DNA from: Octopus vulgaris
Taxonomy: Eukaryota
Length of the DNA stretch: 64,000 nt
NCBI GenBank assembly: GCA_951406725.2
Contig: OX597814.1
Coordinates: 172,422,001-172,486,000 of the forward strand
Reading direction: 5' to 3'
A program made the translations under genes and the position numbers. Each line of letters opens with the position of its first letter. Within the stretch, counting starts at the first letter, position 1. The notes under the pieces are model-generated. The model did no database searches. It was not told the DNA's origin and was given only the letters and a program-made list of their open reading frames with translations. Shown piece after piece: positions 54,294-64,000 of the stretch.

Positions 54294-54409
54294 CACACAC
54301 AGACACTCACAGAAAATCCACTTTTCTCCGCCATAGGCTTATATTAGGCTATTCTCTGTAGTTGATACACGGTGATCGCTCGCTTTTAAGCCTTAAGCTT
54401 ATAAAAATA

Positions 54410-54840
54410 CTAGCAGCATAGCTCAGCATTGCCCGGGTATGTAAGAGTCCCTAGTAGGCAACGACTAATCCCAATCTAGTCCTTTCCCTCTTGGGAACGA
54501 AGGCGCATGTGTAGGTTGCAATATCTTCTCTTCACTCGAATACTTCTGTGTATACGATGTTCCTAGCTGTCCCTTTGGGCGATAAAAAGGTCGAGTTGTG
54601 TCCCTTAGACAGAAAATGTGTTGCATATAAAAGCTTAGATTCTCGACCCCATGTCGAATTTATCGATTTTTTTCAGAACTGGGGGAACTTTTCAAAATTT
54701 TCGCTGCGTTAGTTTTGAATTATGACATTGGGCTATGTGTGTGTCAAGTTTCATCAGAATCGGTTGAAAGCCGTGGTCAGGGTAAGGGTACAACCTGACA
54801 GACACACAGACAGACAAACTGCCGTTTATATATAGAGTGA
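54410..54840 (-). mobile_element. Non-autonomous Helitron inserted in a family E repeat
   Basis: A|TC 5' end, CTAG|T 3' end, no TSD; about 200 bp near-identical to the 26572 copy. Confidence 0.85.
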
Positions 54841-55119
54841 TTATTATTTACAGAATTGTAAAATTGGTACCGCTTATCAAATCATTACAGAAAATGCACA
54901 TGCTAGATTATTTAGAAAAAAAACATCTCTATGAAATTGTAGCTCTTAATCTGAAGGGAAGGGGCAGGTGTGTACGTTGGTGTAAATTTTAGCACACTTG
55001 TCGCGAAAACATTGAGGTTTATGATCGAATCCCACCCGTATGGAAAACACACTTTTTCTTTCTCTGTCCCAATGTTACGAGACTATTTTTTTTTTTTTTA
55101 GTCAATATACGGTGATTGC

Positions 55120-55363
55120 AAGGCGGCGAGCTGGCAGAAACGTTAGTACGCCGGATGAAATGCTTAACGCTATTTTGTCTGTCTTTACGTTCTGAGTTCA
55201 AATTCCGCCGAGGTCTACTTTGTCTTTCATCCTTTCGGGGTCGATAAATCAAGTAGCAGTTGCGTACTGGGTCGATAAATCAAGTAGCAGTTGCGTACTG
55301 GGTCGATCTAATCGACTGGCATCCTCCCCCCAAAATTCAGGCCTTGTTCCTAGAATAGAAAAG
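55120..55363 (+). mobile_element. SINE family B with internal 31-bp duplication and TSD
   Basis: gggtcgataaatcaagtagcagttgcgtact twice; TSD aatatacg(g/a)tgat(t/c)gc at 55104-55119 and 55364-55379. Confidence 0.9.
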
Positions 55364-55745
55364 AATATACGATGATCGCTTATAAAAATATATTATTATT
55401 ATTTATAGTGTGTATATGTACGCACATACATACATACATGCACACATATACAAGCATAGGCTTACAAACACATTTAACAGGCTTCCGCACATTTCCCATC
55501 AATCAAATTTACCACGCAAAGCTTTGATCGACTCTAGGCTATCGCTTGTGCAGTTGCTTCTTAGCCCCCAAAAGTATTTCAACCGTGACTATAGTAGAAC
55601 ATATGATCCTTTTTGTTTAAGACAATAGGATATGATTTATGTGAGATTTGCTGTTATTTATAACAACGGACTCTCGTAGTTACTCTATGAGTACCGGGCA
55701 GTATAGTATAATGAAAACGAGGAATCACGCAGTTTCGAAATAGTT

Positions 55746-56110
55746 AAGGCAGCGAACTGGTAGAATGGTTGACACGCCGGCCGAAGTGCTTAGCGGTATT
55801 TTGTCTGCCGTTACGTTCAGAGTGCAAATTCCGCCGAGGTCGACTTTGCCTTTCATCTTTTCGGGGTCGATTAAATAAGTACCAGTTACGCCCTGGGGTC
55901 GATACAATCGACTTAATCTGTTTGTCCCCTCTGTGTTTAACCCCTTGTGGGTAGTAAAGAAATAGGTATTTCGGCCGTCACTACGTTCTGAGTTCAAATT
56001 CCGCCGAGGTCGACTTTGCCTTTCAGAATCCTTTCGGAGTCAATAAAATAAGTATCAATTGAACATCCCTCCCCACAAAATTGGTGCCCTTGTGGAAAAA
56101 TTTGAAACCA
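55746..56110 (+). mobile_element. Dimeric SINE family B
   Basis: Tail aaagaaataggtatttcg.. re-enters the body at ..acgttctgagttcaaattccgccgagg. Confidence 0.88.
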
Positions 56111-56519
56111 TATCTAACCGTCATCTAGAAGCAATTCATTTAATTTATCTTTCTTTCACTCTCTCCCACCTCTCTCTTACTTATGCTACTTCATCCTCCG
56201 AAAATATCTTCCTCTGTGTGGGCCCATTAAGTCTCTTTTTGGATTGTTCATCTTCTTATCTCACAGGCTCTCACTGCATTTCTCTGTCTTTCTTGTGTCG
56301 TTTTAATTTCTGCCGTATGAAACTAACCTGTCACACCCCTTTATGCAGAAACAATAAATTGTTTTGTTTCATTGTATCTGTGTCTTCTTAATTATCCAAC
56401 TTTTTCTTCCATTTTCTCTCTTCTTCTTTTCTCGTTGCAAATATACATATATGCATACGTACTCACATGTATTCATATACACAGGCACACATATACATAT
56501 ACAGGCATACGTATGCGCT

Positions 56520-56573
<54 letters not shown>

Positions 56574-56797
56574 TGTGTGTGTAAGGTGGGGCGCTGTGTC
56601 AATGCCAACGAGTATCGCCTCTGATCCTTTCATAAGGAGTCTCTGCCACGATGATAGATGAAGCTTGATATGAGACCCAGCAGTAATAGAAATAATGCGA
56701 AGATGTATTCTCTTCCCTGAAAGCAACTTCCATCCGCTTTCATCTGAGCGACAAACATACACACATATACATGCATACATTTTATATATATGTATGC

Positions 56798-56835
<38 letters not shown>

Positions 56836-57746
56836 GTATGTATGAATACTTACATATATACATACATACACATCCATGCACACACATACACTCATGTACA
56901 TACATGCATGCATACATATAAACATGTATACGCCCATATGCATCTTTTTGCTTTCTTCAAGTATTCACATCTTTATATTACCTCTGCATCACCTTCACCA
57001 CCACCACCATTGATTCCATCAACATCACCATCTTTTGTCGCTTTGTCAATATAATCTCTATTTTTCCCTTATTACCGCCTTGTACTTCAACACCTGCCTG
57101 AATCCCACCCCACCCCCACCCCCGCGTTTTTTCCTTCATTCCGTTTATTTACCTTTTATTATTTTGCATTCATTAACGACAATTAAAATCCTGCAATTTA
57201 CGTTGCTCTCTGTACATTTCATCAAATTATCAAATTCAACAATGCATCACCGCGATTTAAGTAATGACTTGAATGCAGAAGTAAAACCTCAAAACCAGCG
57301 AAGCTGCAAAAGGAAACTAATGTTTTAATAAACCGCTAAATTAGACTTAGTTTTTCTGTTTTTCTTTGTTTCACTTACATGTTCTTGTATACTTATTTTT
57401 TTAATCATTTCATTCTATGTAAATCCTTAGATTCTTTATCTGTCTTTTTATCGTCCCCCACCCCTATCCGTTGCCCTGGTGGCAGATATAAAAATCCATC
57501 AACTTCATCGGCGCCGTCTTCGTCGTCATCATCATCACCATTATTGTCATCATGGCGTGGCTTTATAGTAAAAAGCATGCTCCCCAACAACAACATGGTT
57601 CCGGGTTTAGTCCATCTGAGTGGCACCTTGGGTGTTTTCTTCTATGACCATCTATCTACCATGGTTAAGAAGCATGAATATTTGGTCGGTGCACTTATGT
57701 GGGATGTGATAAATTTATAGCTAGACTGTCCAACGTGTCTTTTTAT

Positions 57747-58160
57747 AGGCGCAGGAGTGGCTGTGTGGTAAGTAGCTTGCTAACCAACCACATGGTCGCG
57801 GGTTCAGTCCCACTGCGTGGCACCTTGGCCAAGTGTCTTCTGCTATAGCTCCGGGCCGACCAATGCCTTGTGAGTGGATTTGGTAGACGGAAACTGAAAG
57901 AAGCCTGTCGTATATATGTATATATATGTATGTGTGTGTGTGTTTGTGTGTCTGTGTTTGTCCTCCTAGCATTGCTTGACAACCGATGCTGGTGTGTTTA
58001 CGTCCCCGTCACTTAGCGGTTCGGCAAAGGAGACCGATAGAATAAGTACTGGGCTTACAAAGAATAAGTCCCGGGGTCGATTTGCTCGACTAAAGGCGGT
58101 GCTCCAGCATGGCCGCAGTCAAATGACTGAAACAAGTAAAAGAGTAAAAGAGTAAAAGAG
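57747..58160 (+). mobile_element. SINE family A, best-preserved copy (tRNA-like head, CORE-like segment, TA/TG microsatellite, (gtaaaaga)n tail)
   Basis: A-box-like tggctgtgtgg, B-box-like ggttcagtccc; about 20 related copies or fragments in the window; resembles described octopus tRNA-derived SINEs (family name not verified). Confidence 0.93.
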
Positions 58161-58984
58161 ACTATTAGCAATGGCACACTAACGGATGAATGTATAAACA
58201 AAGAAACAGAAAATTAAACGAAAATTATAAGAAAATAATTTTTAAAAACGCCGTTCATTGAGCCTTTGTTTCTTGCATAAGTCTACTTGTTATTACAGGA
58301 GCGCTTTTGAATTGTATAACTCTTTATCAAATATCGATAATTTTCGATTTGAAAATATGAACAACATACTGCCCAGAGAGATTAAATATGACCTCCATTA
58401 GTCAATTTCTCTTTTGTACTTGAAAGGTAGCATTTGTTTTCTAGTGTAATCCGGCGATATACACAGCTTCTGAATGTTTCTTCAAGATTCATCATTCTGT
58501 TTTATATAGCTCAAGATACGCAAACGAGAAAAAAAATCAAAACAAATAGTATAAGGAAATTGTCCACGGCTGGAGTGTCTCTCTCCAAAATCTTTTGTAG
58601 GCCTAAACGACTGCATTTAGAGCCAATAACTCTTGCACCACCACCACTACTACCACTCACAACAACAACAAAACAAGAGCAACAACGTGCCAATGAGAGA
58701 GACATCTAAATGCTCGCTCAACTTGCTAAAATAGCAGCCTATTAGCTTGCAATTTTATCGTCAAAGGAAATAGAATGATACTCGATAATGTAGTTATCAA
58801 TAACTCTAAAAGACAAGATGGTCATAAATACAATGCCCTGAGCATATATCTTGCTCAGAGTTGATTAAGGGCTAAAAAGGAATAACAACAAAACTGAGCC
58901 AAAGAGGGAGCTCCTCTGCATTCATTAAATCTCCTTCAAACTAGACTACACCTTTTTTAAAACATTAAATGTTGAGTAGTAGTT

Positions 58985-59200
58985 TCAAAGTTTAGCACAA
59001 GGCCAGCAAGTTCGGAGGAAGGGCCAAAGTCGATTACATCAACTCCAGTGGTAATTATTTTATCGTGCCTGAAAGGATAAAAGGTTAAGTCGACCTCGGC
59101 GGAATTTGAACTCAAGACGTAAGGATAGGCGAAAGGCTGCTAAGTATCTTGCCCAGTAAAAGTGAAGGAGAAAATAAAGATTCTGTCAGCTTGCTGCCTT
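58985..59200 (-). mobile_element. SINE family B, diverged
   Basis: gaaaggataaaagg..aagtcgacctcggcggaatttgaactca. Confidence 0.8.
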
Positions 59201-59291
59201 AATAAATAAAATGTTAGATAATAAAGTTTTATTTATATTTTATTTCTGTCCTGGATATCCTGCTTTATTGAAGGTCCACTTATTTTAGTGA

Positions 59292-59624
59292 AGGCGCATG
59301 GATCAGTGGTTAGAGCGACGAGCTTACGATCGTGAGGTTGTGACTTCGATTCCCAGACCGTGCTGTGTGTTGTGTTCTTAAGTAAGACACTTTATTTCAC
59401 GTTGCTCCAGTTCACTCATCTGTAAAAATCAGTTGCGACGTCACCGGTGCTAAGTGGTATCGGCCTTTGCGTTTCCTTTGGATAACATCGGTGGCATGGA
59501 GAATGGAGACTGGTATGCATGGGTGACTGTTGGTCTTCTACAAACAACCTTGTCCGAACTTGTGCCTAGGAGGGGGAACTTTCTAAGTGTAATCCAATGA
59601 TCATACGTGACCGAAGGGGTCTTT
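59292..59624 (+). mobile_element. SINE family C with 14-bp TSD
   Basis: TSD acttattttagtga at 59278-59291 and 59625-59638. Confidence 0.9.
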
Positions 59625-60919
59625 ACTTATTTTAGTGATGTAACCGAAATGTCACTCGGAAAGATGCGTCGCTCCATCTGTTACTGATGCATAATAGCAG
59701 CATTTTCGACATGCTACTAAATCCTTAGCTGTGTGCAAATTGCTCCTCTAAATATAGCGGAGTCATAGCCCTCATGGCTAGGTTCTCCTCAGAAATATCA
59801 AATTTCTAGACAATTCGACTGAATGCTATTCTAATCCCTCAAACAAAGCTTACTCAGGTTGAATAATACCGACTTCTACAATTCTACATAGTTATCTTCT
59901 AAGCTGTCTCGCAACACTAAAAGTAGTAGTCAAATTTGCCTGAAACCATATCTTAAAAGTAAAAGACGGATACATTGAATAATGTAGTTAAAAATGCTAT
60001 ACATCAAAACACAAACATTGATCGTAGATCGTACAGGATAAGTAATAAGGTTTGTCTAATCAAGGCTGATTCAGAGATAAGCAACAATATTTATTAAATG
60101 GAGCTGCTATAGTGGTTAAATTGATTATGTATTTATTCGGCTTCTCGATTGAAATTGGAATTTGATCACTGATGTCATTTTGAATCGAGCGTTGAGCATC
60201 ACCTGCCAGAAATCAGCAAAATGGCTTCCCATACACTCAATCGAGTTATTAGGAGCATAAGTCAAATTTCATTCAAATCACAGGCTAGAATATTTTGGGG
60301 TTTTTATTTATTTATTCATTCATTTATTTTTAAGGTAAGTTTGAGAAAAATGACGATTTAGTCTCACCTATATCTTTGATTACAGGCTTGTTTCATTAGG
60401 ATAACGTGAAGCTGAAGCACCAGCAATACAAAAACAAAAGTACAGAAATAAAAATGAAAAATATAAAAACTGCCTGACTTACTTGCTGGAAAGAACAAGA
60501 AAGAGAAAGTGAAAGTAAAGACGTGAAAAAAGAGGAAATGTATGAGAAAAGAGGAACAGAAGAATAAAGAATGAAATAGAGAAGGAGAGAGACTAGAAGA
60601 CCGAATCAAGAAGACAGAAAGTATGATGAAGATGGTAGAAAAGGGAATTAACCGGAAATTGTTTTAAAGATTGGTGGTCTGTAGGGACGCGAGTAAATCA
60701 AAGATTTGAAGGAAATACTATCAATATTGATTCCAAAAACGATACCTGCAGCCAATAAGAGATTTCATAATTTATTTCTAAGTTACCACCTGCTCATAAT
60801 GAAATATATATGCATACATACAATCATGCATACATGTGTGTGTGTGTGTGTGTGTGCATTCATGTGTTTGCGTGTGTATATGTATGTGTGTCTATATATA
60901 TGTATGTATAATAATATAG

Positions 60920-60993
<74 letters not shown>

Positions 60994-61639
60994 TATGTGG
61001 GGATAGGACGTCACAAAACGTGTACAACAAAAATACGAAGTACGAGTACATGGAATATGAACTATTTTTTCGAACAACGAAAGACACAAATGGAAAACAA
61101 GACAAACAACAACACAAAGAAGGAGCCTTCATCAGTTGTTACCTGTTTTTCTACTTTCGTATTCCAGCTAGGTTATCTTTAACGGAAGCATTGAAGAGAA
61201 ATTATTGTTTAACGCCTTGATAATCGTAGCACACCTTAAATTATATCGTATGTAGTTTTCTTTTCGTATATTCACAAATAAATACTTATGTCATGTAGAT
61301 AGCGGTTCGTAGATACAGGTACCTGATATTTTTCTATCTATATTTGTTAACATTATTGGAAAGCATAATTTTGTATAGAAGCCCATAAAAATAGGAATAA
61401 TAAAAGAATAAATCAACAAATTGATATATTATATATAAATATTTTCATTAATTTGTTTTCTATTAACAACGTATTTTTACATAGAAAAAAAAAGAAAGAA
61501 AAACATTAAAAATTATGGAGAAAAATCCTATTACTTCCTCACGAAGAAAACAAAGAAAAAGAACAAAAAGGACTGGGGTATGCAGCAGAAGATGGATGGG
61601 GAAGGAATAATCGATTGAATACCCCAGAAAAAATGGTGT

Positions 61640-62030
61640 GCTTAGCTGCGCCTCGCAGATATGTTGCCGCATAGAATGGCCAGAGACACTGCGACTGGCT
61701 TCCCATCACAACTGGAGCCAGTAGTTCTTGGCCACGGTGATGGTAAGCGCCCCAACGGAATAACCCTCTTCCCATACGAGGGAGGTAGATCCCTAGTCTT
61801 AGACGCGACATTCGCGACACCTTCTCCGGCTCCAACCTTTCTGCATCGGCCGCACACTCGGATATCGCCACACGTAACTCTGAGAAGAGAAAAATATACA
61901 AATATAGGAGACTGACCACTGTCAGCTTGTGCCGATCGCCGTCGAGACCTCAAATGTTCTGCCGATTTCCTGTACAAAATCGCGATAACTGTGGCCCATC
62001 TGAGAAACGAGCTCCGCAATCATGACTGCA
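61640..62030 (+). pseudogene. CRE-like non-LTR retrotransposon RLE-domain remnant
   Basis: GFPSQLEPVVLGHGDGKRPNGITLFPYEGGRSLVLDAT, then frameshifted DTFSGSNLSASAA..EKRKY..LVPIAVETS, matching the RPDG..WDAT..E..K..KY..PIAVET pattern. Confidence 0.8.
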
Positions 62031-62612
62031 AGGAGTGGCTAGACACATAAATTATGTATCAGGATTTTAATCTGCCGTTTGTAACTTTAACTTTTTTTTT
62101 TTTTTGCTTTGCCCTTTACCTGACTGCATCTATGCTGGGATATCGCCTTGAATGGTTTAGTCGAACAAATCGCCTACAATACGTAAGATTTTAAAACATT
62201 TGTCACTTATATCGACCTCTTTTAGCGGAACAGATAGGGGTTCAGGTTGTTTACGGTAGCATAAACAAGTCAACACCATATAAAGTCAGATGTATTAATT
62301 TCCAACTTCCCGCAAATTTCAAGTTTTGTGCTTATGTAAGAAACAATTGTTCACAATCATTTCATTCTGATAGTTAGGTCGAGAAGGCCTTGAAGTACTT
62401 GTATATTAGACTTGTGAACTTTAAAACGTTCTTGTTATTACTGTATCAAACGAATCTTGTAGGAACAATGTCAAAATACAAAAGTTCCATAACAAAATCG
62501 ATTAAACCTGAACGTGGCAAGATTGATTGTGTTGAATAGTGTTGAAACGATTATAAATGAAGTATTAAAATTATTTGTTTACTCTCTTCTTGTATATTTA
62601 TCATTATGTGTG

Positions 62613-62666
<54 letters not shown>

Positions 62667-62721
62667 CATATGTATGTATGGATGTATGTATATGTATGTA
62701 TGTATGAATATATAGCTGGCA

Positions 62722-62806
62722 TAAGGCGGCGAGCTGGCAGAACCGTTAGCACGCCGGGCGAAATGCGTAGCCGTATTCAGTCTGCCGTTACGCTCTGGGT
62801 TCAAAT
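62722..62806 (+). mobile_element. SINE family B, head only
   Basis: aaggcggcgagctggcagaaccgttagcacgccgggcgaaatg...ggttcaaat. Confidence 0.85.
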
Positions 62807-63193
62807 GTATGTGTACTTCTTTGGTTGTCTGTGTGTATTTGTGCGTGTGAGTTGGAGAATACCGAAGAAAGCTTCGTGTAGACAGTCACCAAGCAGTGCT
62901 TAGATGATTTCCAAACTTAAAACTCCAACTCTTTCATCCAGGACAGGTAACATCAATATAGGGAAAAAGTTGGTTATGAGAACGATCTACGTCGAGCGGA
63001 TATGAAAGTAAAAAGAAAAGACAGAACATATATGCATAAATATTCTCAAACACACACAAACACACACACACACACACACATACATACACACACACATACA
63101 CAAACACACACACAAGCACACAAACACAAACATGCACACACACACACACTCATACACACATACACATGCATATACACACATACGCGCACACAC

Positions 63194-63229
<36 letters not shown>

Positions 63230-63885
63230 TTAGATTGGGACAAACAGAGGGAGAAATTGGTTCATCTCAAGGAAGGAAGAGAGCGTATTCACTTTATCGT
63301 TGATATCTAGCCTAAATATTCCGCCGATATGCATGATATTTGACACAAACAAATCCCAGTTCGGTGAAGCGTGCAATTAGCACTAGATGAATAGGTTGAG
63401 TGCAGTTGGGTGGAACGTATCCACCGACAACCATCTCGGCGATTATTTTTCAAAAAGATATCGCCGTAATGAATTTTAAGGCAGGGTTTCCCCCTGCCCT
63501 TACAACAACAATAGTAATATCAACGAAAAGCAACTGTAACAACGAAATAAAGGTTCAACCCATTGGCCTCTTTCTAATTTTATGAAAGAAACTGTTGATT
63601 CGGTAAAGATTTATATCAAATGCAGCGCGTAAACGACGTTATTAGATAGAGACGGTTATATCAAAAACGGTATCTGATGTGTTTAATTATAACTCCTTGG
63701 TAATGTGTGTGTGTGTGTGTGTGGTGAATGTGTTCGCATATTTCTCGATATAATATATGTATACATGTATGTAAGCATATATATTCAAACACACACATAA
63801 TTATTAGTATTTATATGTGTGTGTGAATACATGATTGTACTTGCGTCTGTGCAAGAAGAAAAAATGTAATTCACGAAAATGTATA

Positions 63886-63994
63886 TAGACTACAGCTGTC
63901 GTTTCGACCCATTTTGCATCGGTCCCTCGGAGGTGAGATACTATACAACTAGTTACTGTGCATCCTTGTGCAGGTGTGTCTCATCAGGTGACTA
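63886..63994 (-). ncRNA. Type I hammerhead motif, canonical core with large loop II
   Basis: Minus tag(tc)ac-CTGATGA-GAC..about 70 nt..GTC-GAAA-CGACAGCTG-TA-gtcta. Confidence 0.65.
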
Positions 63995-64000
63995 TTCAAA

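Noticed and set aside
61120-61165. Minus-strand CTGATGA in a pLTR-like repeat
   Set aside because: No GAAA or helix III in register

Overview
AT-rich, microsatellite-saturated eukaryotic non-coding DNA. The repeat families suggest an octopus/coleoid cephalopod intron or intergenic region (inference). No host protein-coding gene, rRNA or intact tRNA can be supported, and most ORFs in the track are microsatellite translations. The window is a mosaic of mobile elements: about 35 copies or fragments of tRNA-derived SINEs from three main families (CORE-like with an internal microsatellite, Meta-domain, and a third family); a decayed Penelope-like element (PLE) with RT and GIY-YIG remnants; many PLE pseudo-LTR pieces sitting in (TA)n tracts; R4/Dong-like RLE fragments in (TAA)n tracts; CRE-like and RTE LINE fragments; three non-autonomous Helitrons; and a hAT MITE with a perfect 8-bp TSD. 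The most notable hidden signal is a set of type I hammerhead ribozyme motifs: 7 full-length (two with canonical cores, two sharing a CCGANGA variant core, three with core substitutions, including a head-to-head pair) plus several partial ones. Long foldback elements are also frequent. All structures were read by eye and none has been tested computationally.
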